Of a stretch of 64,000 bases of DNA, positions 49,207 through 60,941 are shown one piece after another. Location of the stretch: positions 1-64,000 of the forward strand of contig NW_026933001.1 in the NCBI RefSeq assembly GCF_032062105.1, read 5' to 3'. Under the pieces are notes generated by a model that did not search any database, was not told the origin of the DNA, and saw only the letters and a list, made by a program, of their open reading frames with translations. This DNA comes from Saccostrea cucullata (lineage: Eukaryota). Position 1 is the stretch's first letter. Every line of letters begins with the position of its first letter. A program made the position numbers and the translations under genes.

Positions 49207-52200
49207 TCAATTTCTTCTCTTTCGCTTCAGTGGAGTGAGATTTTGTTTCTCAGCATCCACAACGCAGCCCAATTGGTTGTAGTGCCTTATCAGTTCTCTC
49301 CAAACAAGTTCACATTGAAGCAGTTTCTTATTTCCTAGAATAGCCAGGAATTATATAAAGAGTATTAAAAAATGATAATTATTCAAGCAGCAAGCTTTTT
49401 CATGTGATTTTTTATATTAACCATTTTATATTTTTTAATGAAATAAATAACGGTATTTTCTTGTCAGATACATTAATGAAAGAAATTATACCAGTCAATT
49501 ATGGTTTAAAAATTTTATATCAATAGAGACGCTAAAACATAGGGTTATGATTTCTAGAGAACAATGAATTATACCTATGATAATAATGCCTTTTCTGGCT
49601 CGGGTGAGGGCAACATTAATTTGGTGTTGATCTGTAATAAAACCTAAGTTATTCTTGCACCAGCCTAGTGTAGGATATGATTCAATCCTGTAATCTGGTA
49701 GTGATCTGACAGTGCTGAAGATCACGTAGTCCCACTCACCACCTAGGAATGGAAAGGAAGAAGAATTGAAGGTGTGGCATAATGAACTTTACTCTTTGTC
49801 TCAAAATATAAAAACGTACGTACCTTGACTGGATACAACCGTATTAACTTTATAATTGATGAATCTTCTCTCTTTTAGAGCCTCTCGTATCGCAAAACAC
49901 TGTGCATTGTACTGCGACATAACTTTAATGTTATGCGTTTCTATTCCGTCATGAGACATCAGATAATTATAAACTTTAACCTATAAAAGCAAGACAAAAT
50001 GAATCATTTTCTTCTTATGTTGAAAAAGCATTAAGATTTTTTTTTAATTTCAGGTGTATTGTAATTAGACGGAAAGATGGAAATAATTTTAAATGGAATA
50101 TAGGGGCGGTTGGAGGATCGTTAAAATTGAAGAACGTACCACATGTTCTACTTCTGCCTTGTTGCTCCTTGATTGCTGATTTCCTTCTTCTGTGGACACT
50201 GCTAGGCATTCTTCTTCTCCTTCCACGTGACAAAACAAAAGAGGGGTATAAGGATTTATCCATATTTGTAAAGGTTCCTTAACTTCATATTTTTTAGAAG
50301 GTCCAGTTTTGAGTTTTCCCTTATAAAACTGTTTTGATGGAAATTCGCAAATCTTTTCATTCTAACAAATGAAATACAAACATTTATTAGCTTTTATTGC
50401 TTTTTCACATTGAACGTATGCATGTATAAATAACACAAATGTTCACAAAAAAACTCCTACCATTCTATATTGGATGTCTAAAAACACAGCATTGTCAGCA
50501 TATCGCTCAAAAAGGGATGTTGAAAGACCCAATTTAGCCGCTTCTTCACAAATAATGATTGGTTGGAGTTGTTTATGGTCACCAATGAGAACTACCTGTT
50601 CTGGTTTTGCAGCAATAATTGGAGCCATGGTTTCTGGCTCAGTGCACATCCCTGCCTCATCAATTATGAGCTGGAATATTTTATTTTTTGTAGCTTTCAG
50701 AAATTTTGGATTTGTTGCTACGGCAGTTGTGCAAAAAATAACGTCATAATGTTTAAGCTCCTCCTCCGTCGCCTCTGAGAGTAATTTTTTATATTCAATA
50801 ACCTTTTCCGGGTCAATACAGGTACCATCTGGATTTTCCCTGAACATTTTATCAAAAGCTCTTAGTCTGTCAGCGAAAGGTTTTTCTTTTTCTCTAATCA
50901 AGTTATGTAGTGATACTTCTGCGAGATCAGAATCCGGTCGATTGTCTTTGCATGATGTTTGATTAATGTAATCTCTACCGGGAATGGGGTATACAGTACT
51001 TTCCATGGAACTTCCATACATTCTTACCATTTTCGGAGAGATATCTCTTAAATGCAATCTTATCCATCCTACATCGGAAGGAAAAAAAGCACTTTTAGTG
51101 CATAAAAAGTATTTTGAGCAAGTTAAATTTGATTGAAAATTCTGATGGAGATAGAAATGATCATATTACCGTATAACGGGTATTTTCTGCGGTTGTCCAA
51201 TTTTTTGCGGAATTTTGCGGATAGGACAAATCCGCAAAAATTACAATTGCAAAATATTTTTTATATGACTTATGGTATTTTATACATGCAAGTATGATAA
51301 GTGGTGTGTCTGCAGACTCACGCATGGTCAACAATTGAATTTGTTTGCAGAGAAAATTCACAATTTTGAAAGGGTGACATCGAAACTCCTTATTTTGGAT
51401 AGCTGCAAACAAAATATGACAGCTTTTTTTTCTTTCTTATTTTCCACTTTTCAATTTTGTGTTTTGTCTTGAGACCGTGATTACTGCTTGTGTATACAAC
51501 ACGGTTTGATTGTCTTGTAAATTTCATTCAAATCAGACGTCTGACAGTATTAGTTAATTTTACAAAGAGTGACTAAAAGCTAGTAGTTTAATAGCACAAT
51601 GCCTGTTCTCATGCACGTTGCATTCATGCGCCTGAATGAATTGAAAAACGTAGTAATTGCAGTGTTCAAATAAATCTTAGAGTTTGATGATCCTATACAC
51701 CCCGTAAATAATTTTTTGCAGTAAAGTGCAACCGCAGAAATTGAAAACGCAGAAATTAATTTGCTACCTTTTAGGGGTTAAATTGCAAAAATTTCCAACC
51801 GCAGAAAATACCTGTTATACGGTATATCCATGACTTTAAATACATACGTGCTACAAGATCAACAGACTTGTTTGAAGGTCCACAGTAAACAACTTGTTTA
51901 TGATCACCACCGTTTTCTCGAATCTTTAGATTGATGTCTTTAAAAAGCATGATGAGCTTAATTCCAGTCAAGGTCTTCCCTGTGCCTATTACAATTGTAA
52001 ACAATAAACTTATTAACTTTATAAGGCGCCTCAATGAAGCATTGTTAGACTAAAATCTTACGCTTTTAAAATATCCAGTTCATGCTTACAGCTAAAAATT
52101 CAGAAGTTGTACTATATTGAAAGCTGAACACATTTCTTTAAAAAACAAATAAAGAATGGTTGGTATATAACTAACCAGGTGGACCCTGTATGAGAGTAAA

Positions 52201-55200
52201 TCGAGATGACAGAGCCTTCTTTATAGCCTCTAACTGCTTTTCATTGTTCGGTTGCAATGATGCGTGCATCACGTCGGACTTTGTTTGTTTTGCCAATCTC
52301 ACGTGGATGTCGTCTGTAAAATATCACGTGATTTTGTTATTTTCTGGTGCTAAACAAGAACTATATGATAGCAGTATTTTTTGGCAAATCACTTACCTAA
52401 AGATTGAATTCTTTCTCTTAAAGCTATTGACTTTGCAAGTTGTTCAGCATTTTCTAAACCTTTAAAGGCATCCTCAATATTCCTAAAAATAGAGAATATA
52501 TTTTTGATTCATCCGTTGATTACTTATTCATTTAAAGGTTAACTCATTTTTGTATTAATAACTTACTTGTCTGAGTCAGACATTTGAAGTATTTCAATCG
52601 TGCACGATGGACTGCTTGCATCCCTCATCGAAGGTTCTGGTTTAGGACTGTCTTTGTGCAATTTAAAGTGTACTTTAACGTCTCCGCTTGTTTTACCTCT
52701 TTGAAAAGTCTTTGTCTCTCCATGACCAACCCATATCCTTCGTTCATTTGGTGAACTTGCTATTCTTGCCTGCAAAGGTTTTCCATTTATTAACTCACAG
52801 CGAATGCAAATAAAATCTGTTTGGTATGAGACACACTTCTCAGTATCTTTTTCTAAGTGCCATCTGAAGTCTATATCCCTCTGCAGACAAAATGATTTTA
52901 AAAGTATGAACGAACCATCGTAGGTTTCAGTGGATCCATGAAAGTCAACGCGTAAATCGTTTATGATTATTGGTATGGATTTTGTAGCATTGGTAACAGA
53001 CTCCATTCGAAAAATGTTGCGCCATCTTTGAATATATTCAGATGATACCATCCTTCTGTTGCCTGCATGTCTAGTGGCATATGAAGAGAAACATTGAACG
53101 GGATCAGACATATGCTGTAGGCAGCACTTCACATTTTTTGTGTTTTCAAAGAGATGAATCACTGGCGTTAGCATTCCCTCATTTTGCTCAGCTCCCATTT
53201 GAATAGGAATGATTTGGGCAGTGCTGAAAGTCAAACTGAAATCAGTATACTGTTTTCCGATTATGCCATCTAATGTCTCAGAACTTGCATCTGAATGAGT
53301 ACCTTGACACTCAATAGCACTTGGCAATACTTCCTTTTCAAAGAAAAAATTCTCATCCAGCAAATTCATATTGTCGCTAATAAGACATTGTAACAACTGT
53401 TTCCATTTCCAAAGAGTCGGAAAAAATACTCTTTGATGTGGATTGATCTTTACTGGTCCTCTTTTAGAATTTGATGCATTTGACGAAAAACCAAGTGCTG
53501 AATATAAACGCTGCTGCCATGATAGAGTCAATATGTGCTTTTTATTTTCCTCTAAATCGGGTTTTGATTTTAGCTTTAGTAAATGATATTGAACTTCACC
53601 ACATGATTTTGTTAATTCTCTTTGACCAGGAAAACAAACTAAAAGAGATTTTTCTGATGCAGATACGACCAAGCTATGTAACATAACTGGTTGTTTTTTA
53701 AATTGTCTTCCAAGGTGAAGTAAACGACACTGCCTCTGAAATTTTCTGGTTTGGCTTCCATTGATTTTTTTGCACAGCGTTTCAACCTCTCTCTGAGAGT
53801 AGGGTGATTCATTCTGGTCAAGCAGAGCATGCACGAGACGATTTGCAATCAAATCTGCATAACGTCGAATGGGTGACGTAAAATGAACGTACGTTGTAAT
53901 TCCCAAAGAAAAATGTCTTTTCTCTTGAGATGACCCCGAACATCGATAACTTGAAGTCTCTTGAAATGACATCCATGATTCATACGCCATTGCTTGAAGT
54001 GGATGAAACTCGTCGGTGCCAATTAATCTCTCCATATTCTTAATTTTTTTCTCTTTATAACTTGACACAATTGCGTCCCATATATGTTTTTGTAATGGTA
54101 GTTGCTGCAATAAATTATCTTCAGGAATATTTTCGAAAGATAAAGTTCTATTTGTCGAAAGTTGTTGATTTTGAAGCGATAAGACGAAATCTGCAATGTC
54201 AGGGTAATTCTCTAACCATTCATTAATTTTGGAAGATGGGGGTTCGCTTTGTACTCTGAGAGGAACACAGTCTGGAAATGTTTCAATTAATGTCTGGCCT
54301 ATAGTTTGATTAACAAGAATCATACATTCTTCTACTATTATATGAGCATCAAGATTCTTGAAATAAGAGTCATCGCTGTCTTCGAATGATGATTCAAATG
54401 GAAAGGAGAATATTTTATGTTTCAAGCGTTTTAAACGAATGTTCTTGGTTATGCAATGCAAATTTTGAAGATCCTGTGTAAACTCATTGTTTTCAGTTGT
54501 TTCTGACAATAGTGTTTGAACTTTTTGATACGTAAAACGTCGTCTGGATTGAATAAAAGTGCGGTCAATCTTTTTTTCCGAGACATTTCCATTTTCATCG
54601 ACTTTGTAAAAAATTGAAATCGTTTTTCGTTTCTCTCCAGGAAGAAGACTACAGATGTCTGTTGCCAAAGGCTCTGGAAGCATATGATATGGTGGTTTGT
54701 TTTTTCCCGGATAGAAAGAATTTGACCTCTCTTGTGCCTCTCGATCAATAGGGTCATTCTTCTTTATGACACTGCCAACATCAGCAATATGAACACCGAT
54801 TTCAAATTCTGTGTCTGATATTCTTCTTATACTAAGTGCATCATCTAAGTCTTCTGAGTTGTTTCCATCAATTGTAAAAACAGACAAACTATCTGAAAAA
54901 TCTGTCCGTTTTTCTGTTTTTTTCTGATCTGGCATTTCCTCTCTTATTTTTTCTACTTCCTTAACTGTTTTCTTTTCATAGAGTACAGATACATTATTTC
55001 TCAGACAAAGCAGCCTGAGTGAGGTTTTTATGTCACATTTCCCATCATACATTCTGATGACAGCCCCGAGGGGATACAATTCATTCCAAGCAATGAAACA
55101 CACAAGGAAAATATATCCTTTTCGTTTTGATTGATCGATTGATTTAAGTCCATCAAATATCAGATCCTTTCCTCTTTTGTTATACTTATAGATCTCAACT

Positions 55201-57149
55201 TGAGATTCTCTTTCTCGCTTTGAACTCAGAATATGTATTTTGGGAACTGTTTTGCAAAGCGGCTTCATATGGTATGTTTGATAATGATCAAGGGTACACA
55301 CAAAGACAGGGTTTGTAGGCAATGCTTCATTCCGATTCGTTATTCCGATGACTTTTCCAAATATTTTATTGCAATCAATTTCAGAACTCTTAGTAGGTTG
55401 CACTGATCTGATCGGTAAATTTCTAGAATTTTTCAAAATTTCAACAACAACCTGGTCTTGATTAAAGGCTTTTCCGCATTTAGATCGTCCTGAAATTTCT
55501 ATCTCAAGATCCTCATCCAAGGAAATACAAAGTGCTCTGTGTGGTGTTAAAATTTCCAATTTACAGTGTTTGTATTTGCTAGGAAACTTTTTGCAAAGAT
55601 CAAGAGATTCCTCTTTGCTGTGCATTTCATCGTAAAATTTTCTAGTTTTGACACGCATAAAGTTATTTACACAACCTTCTGAAAGATCAAGACCATTTTT
55701 TAAAAGGTTTTCATCGATGTTTTTGTTTCGGTTTAGAGAGTCGTAAAATTTGCGCGATTCTTCAAAAAAATTATCTTGCAGCGATTCTTCATCTTGTGAT
55801 TCACTTTCCTCATCACTGGATTCAAAGTCAGTGCCAATTTCCTCTAACTTTTCATGGGGTATTGGGTCGAATTCATCTTCAGAAATTAGTCCCGGAGCAC
55901 TGATTTCTCTTGCATTTGGCCTTTTTAATTTCGAGTGTGATTTGGCTTGCGCTTTCGGAGGTTGATGATGTTGTAGAGAATTCCCTTCATCCGATATTTT
56001 TTGTCTTCTGTGTCTTCTCCTTCGAGGTCTTCCAACAGGTAAATCGAATTCTGTTACGTCTTTCCAGCTTTTAATAGGACTATTAACTTCTGCAATTGCA
56101 TTATGGACATCTCCAGCCTTGTATTTCTCGTCCCATGGGTCAAACGTCCCACTGCCTTGGTTTAGTTGGTTTAGGTTATCTCTTCGTTTTGCTGCAAAAA
56201 TTTTTATCTAGTTTATCTAGAGGAGATTTGATGAAAAATTAATATGATATGTCAATATGATTTTCATAGAGATGTCTTACGTCTGCTTCTTGATTTTTTC
56301 TTCTTTAATGTTTCGTTTGCTGGTTTTCTTTGTTCTTGAGACTAGAATGTAATGAAAAAAGAGACCCATTAGTTTTAGGATCATGTGTGTGTCACTTCAC
56401 AAGTTTTTGTTGATTCATATGTCTACCTTGTCTTGATCCCAAGAACCCTAACACATTTCAAGTTTGAACCAAAGAGTAATAAATCTGAAAAATACCAATA
56501 AGGCTCATGTCATTTTTATGAGTTTTGAAATACGATATGATGTTGATTTCCTGTTTTTCATTTTTGAGGATTTTGGTTTTAATAAATCTAAATGTTATAG
56601 TTATTTGTAAAACAATTTTAGGCATAGATACGTTTGGATTTGAATTGTAGTGGAATCACTAATTTTGATTATTTTAATTTTTCTTAACTTTTTCTTTTTT
56701 ATTTCAGATATAAATTTTAAACATTTTAATCCCTTTTGAGCAAGTTTTGTAGAAAATTTTATCCAGTTGTTTTGAGAAAGTCAAAAATTTTAAAAAGAGG
56801 TTTTTAAATCCCCCCCCCCCCATTTTCAAAAAAATCAATGTAAAACGTAATAACTTGATACTGGTTCCNNNNNNNNNNNNNNNNNNNNNNNNNNNNNNNN
56901 NNNNNNNNNNNNNNNNNNNNNNNNNNNNNNNNNNNNNNNNNNNNNNNNNNNNNNNNNNNNNNNNNNNNNNNNNNNNNNNNNNNNNNNNNNNNNNNNNNNN
57001 NNNNNNNNNNNNTCCGAAATTTCTCAAAGCAGTTTGTCATTTCCAAAATCAATTTTTAACACTTTAAAATTTTTGTCAAGTTGTTTAGATTTTTTTGTTA
57101 GATTTTTTCATTATAAAAACGTGAAAAATTTATATTATAAATTTTTTGG

Positions 57150-57209
<60 letters not shown>

Positions 57210-59011
57210 TATATATATATATATTAAACAGCACTTTATACTTGTAAAAGCTCAAATTTAATCCTACCATGGTAAAGCCATGTGTATCTTTTATCCACTC
57301 TTCATCTACTTCGCTTTCACTTTCTGGGGATTTTTGTTGATGTAATCTTGTCACCAATTTCTTTATGAATATATGACAAATTTTTTTTTACATTCTTGCA
57401 CTTCTTTTTAAATATATGAAATTATGCATTAAGCATTTAGCTTGATTTTTTAAAAATACCTCGTCATTTGCCTCCTGTGCTCTTTGAATGGCTAAATCTA
57501 TTTTCCCAACTTTTTCCAGTGCATGGGCCCAGAGAATTAAAAGTGATTTAAATTCGGGATATTGTTGGAAATCTCTCCGTACTGAAAAAGAAAAAAAATC
57601 TTAAATTTATTTCCTTTTTGAATGACAATGAATTCATAAAAAAAGAAAAAATGTGTACACCATATTCTAAAGCAAATTATTTTTCCTGCATTCGGCTTTT
57701 TTAGAATCTATTTTCTGATTAGTAGAGTCGCAGTCCTACAACACTTTTTATACCCCCCGCTTGAAAAGCGGGAGGGTATATAAATTCGTCCGTCCATTAG
57801 TAGCACGTCTGTACACACTTTATGTTTTCTCTATCCGCAACTTTTTTTTGAAATTAAATGAAACTTTCACAAATTACAACATTGTGATATTTTACTTTTT
57901 TATTCGACGCGTATTTTAGGTTTCTTAAGCAAAACATGGACATTGTCATTTTTTGTTTACTAGCGTATATAGAAGCTTCTGGATAACATTTCATAGGACA
58001 GGTTAATTTACACAACTAAAACAATATCAAGCAACACATTACTTGGGACAGTTCATTTAGTGAGCTCATTGCTCACAGTACCTCTAGTTTTTCTAGAGTT
58101 TTTTAAAATTCTTTTGAGAAATCACATTCATATAAGTCAACCTGTTCTAGAAAATAAGATACAATTTTGTTTAACTTATCTCCAGGCCTTTTTTTTTTGT
58201 TTGAAAAGATAGGCACTTTGGCTATACATTTTATCTAACCTAGCTAATCCTTTTCACGCGGTTTATTTCACTCTTGATCTTACTTACAGTTCATGCACAT
58301 TCTGCAAACTACTTCGTCCAAACCCTGTGTCAAAAAAATTTGAACTTTGAAATTTTGAAATTATTCAAACCAGTAAAAAGGACCAGAAATTTAACAATTT
58401 CTATGTATATCTGCTAAATTTTTACATAAATTTAGGCAAGAACAAAAGAAGTAAGATAAAATAAAATCCAATGCCAATTTAAAAAAAAAATGGAGATTGT
58501 AAAGTTCTAAACACAGCATGGACTTAATTTTCTTTAGATTTTTGTCTATTCAAAGATTATAATATATATAAATACAGAACTTATATAGTTAATAACTTGG
58601 GTGAAATTGCTCAACTTTTTTTCAAATGGTTTGTTTAATTTGTTAACTATTTTAATACCTTGAACCACTTTACCTCTTGAAGAAATTTCTTGCCACTAAA
58701 GACAAATACTTTAAGCAATTCTCTTCGTATAATTTCAGTGGTGCTGTGATTTCCGGCATTCAGGTCCAGCATATGGTTATATGAAGTTCTTATCTCGAGC
58801 ATACAGTGCCATACTATCGGATGTTCTGCCACGGAGTACTCATCTATGACTTCTTGTATTTCTCTAAGCAACTTGAGTTTTCTCTTTGTAAGTAAACATG
58901 AAAAACATCATTAAGATAAATATATATATTGTATGTGGCCAAATCAAAAACAAAGAAATATAGTCTAAAGCTTAGACAACTACTACCGGATATCTGAAAA
59001 TCAAATATTCT

Positions 59012-59054
<43 letters not shown>

Positions 59055-60799
59055 TCATAGGTTTATTACCAATCCCCCCTTCCTCTTAATAAACAAAACC
59101 CGGTTAACTTTCGACATTAAAATGAGGGATATTGAAATCGATTATGGTACCTTGTGGAAAGGGTAAAAAGAAGAAATCGACTTGTAAATGTAACAGTTGC
59201 CTATGGTCTTACTTAATCTTACTTTTGACCTAACTCGTAGAAACTTATACGACGTACAATTCCTATACTTCAGCCATTCCATCAACTTCTGTGTTTGAAT
59301 CACCAATAATTACGGTGTGTGAATATAAAATTTGGAGTTTTCTATACAGTATTTCTACTTTTTAAAAATATCAATGTATAACTGCATGTACTCGCAGATA
59401 CTGTAAATGCATTAATTAGTATCAGTTAAAACTAGAGGTACTGTGAGCAATGAGCTCACTAAATGATACCCCCCACCTCCCATATGAATATATTGGCAGT
59501 GTCCATGTTTTGCTCTGGAAAATCCAAAATATATGTCAGATCAAAAAGTAAAATAAGAGGTACACAATGGCAATATGTAATAAAGATTTTGAGAAAGTTT
59601 CATCAAATTTCATTCAGTGGTATGAGAGGAGTTGCGGATAAGAGATGGGTATCCAAAACGTAACAGACGGACGGACGGACAATGACGTACAGACGGACGG
59701 AATTAACGATTACTATATACCGTCCCGCTTTTCAAGCGGGGGGTATAAAAATCATACATACTGCTATAGAAATACTTGGATCATTCAAGACGCTTAACCA
59801 GACAGAAGTTGGATCCAAATTCTCGGAAGAAAGCAGCTTCACTGAAAAATGAAGTAGAGTTTTAAAAAAAGTAATCAAAGGTGTTTTTCTTTTATAATTT
59901 ATGTCATAACTGCGTATTAAAAGCGTAAAATTATGTGTTGCAAAGCTTTAACTTAAGTGGACAGTGAGACTCCCTGAGACACTATATCCGCGGTTAGATT
60001 TTAAACCATGACATTTATATGCAAGTACAACTTAATTGAATGGGTTTTGTTGTTGATAGATCTGTTTTCATCGTCTAGATATAGGTACTGTCATACTTAG
60101 ATTTTGACTGTTTCTACATTTTTTGTATAAATCCATTCAGTCATATGTAAAGCCTCTTTTTAAGCGTAAATTAAATAATTATGATCTAAAAGATGCTTAA
60201 TTTGCGACAGTATGGATTTATACAAAACTGTAAAAACAGTCAGAATCTAAGTATGACAGTACACAAATGGTATATTGAATTATGAGTAAATGCATTTTGG
60301 TTTCTGAAGATCACAACATGCATGTATTTAAAATGTTTTTTTTCTTACCTCTGTAAAAGCACTTTGTCTCTAGAAATGGATCAAAAACCTGTCCAAATTG
60401 AAATGAATTAAGAAATTTATTTTGGTATTATTCTTCTGATATACTCATTCTCGTTAATACCCAATTAAGATATTTTTCCCATACTTACAAGATTTATTAT
60501 ATCATTTGTATATGACATTTTTTTCAAATTAATTTACAAACATACTAACATATAATATGACCAATCATGATTCTAAGCATACAATAGAAATATCATTGAA
60601 GTACCTGTCCTGTATTTAAGAGATGCAAACAGTGGTTGTATATTTCATTCGCAGTGTCTTCATTCTCCACTCCGTTGTGGTAAATCTCACCAGACTCGTA
60701 CAGTTGTCGGGTAAATTCTAAAGCCTTTGCATTATCGTGTTTCTCAATACATACCAGAGCTGCCTGGAAAAAGCTTAGCCAGTTCTCGTCTGTTTCCAT
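49207..60799 (-). CDS. HELZ2: HELZ2-like RNB exoribonuclease - SF1 helicase fusion with helical/TPR-like N-terminus, copy A (~2035 aa)
   Basis: Exons 60799-60605, 60388-60349, 59841-59762, 58883-58674, 58324-58288, 57581-57460, 57360-57268, (gap; possible 56447-56427), 56341-56281, 56191-52567, 52482-52397, 52313-52176, 51985-51848, 51068-50461, 50361-50140, 49980-49824, 49742-49575, 49334-49207 chain with consistent phases. Motifs FTIDGNNSEDLDDALSI, YVHFTSPIRRYADL, QGPPGTGKT, IIDEAG, GDHKQLQP, SLFER, QYRM, NVALTRARKG. The N-terminal exons are less certain than the RNB/helicase exons. Confidence 0.85.
51167..51824. mobile_element. MITE with ~26-bp TIRs (TACCGTATAAC...)
   Basis: taccgtataacgggtattttctgcgg ... 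ccgcagaaaatacctgttatacggta (one mismatch); repeated cgcagaaa subterminal motifs. Confidence 0.85.
56869..57012. other. Assembly gap (N run)
   Basis: Run of n characters inside an intron of copy A. Confidence 1.
57153..57224. repeat. (TA)n microsatellite
   Basis: Direct reading; another (TA)n at ~59014-59050. Confidence 0.95.
57745..58090 (+). mobile_element. Short DINE/HINE-like element (copy 1 of inverted pair)
   Basis: ttttataccccccgcttgaaaagcggga..cgtccgtcc ... catttagtgagctcattgctcacagtacctctagttt. Confidence 0.75.
59428..59751 (-). mobile_element. Short DINE/HINE-like element (copy 2, opposite orientation)
   Basis: aaactagaggtactgtgagcaatgagctcactaaatg ... gacggacgg..tcccgcttttcaagcggggggtataaaa; reverse complement of both termini of 57745-58090. 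Confidence 0.8.
60085..60262. mobile_element. Foldback/MITE with ~55-bp TIRs
   Basis: gtactgtcatacttagattttgactgtttctaca..tttgtataaatccat vs atggatttatacaaaactgtaaaaacagtcagaatctaagtatgacagtac. Confidence 0.85.
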
Positions 60800-60941
60800 G
60801 ATTTTAAAATTAAGTAGTCTCTTTCAAATTAATTGGTCTTTCTGGAACGGAAACAAAAATTTTAATTGGTTAATGTCTCTAAATATTTGCAAACACATTT
60901 TAATGTTTTACAATACCTCTAGCCCTTAACATTTCGAGTTA

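Noticed and set aside
55620-55700. Apparent start of the 1031-aa ORF at 55658, or a frameshift in copy A
   Set aside because: The frame is open upstream to the acceptor at 56191 (..GLDLSEGCVNNFMRVKTRKFYDEM..). The ORF track simply starts at an internal Met; there is no frameshift.
56704-57261. ORFs spanning the N run and the (TA)n tract
   Set aside because: Artefacts of the assembly gap and the microsatellite.
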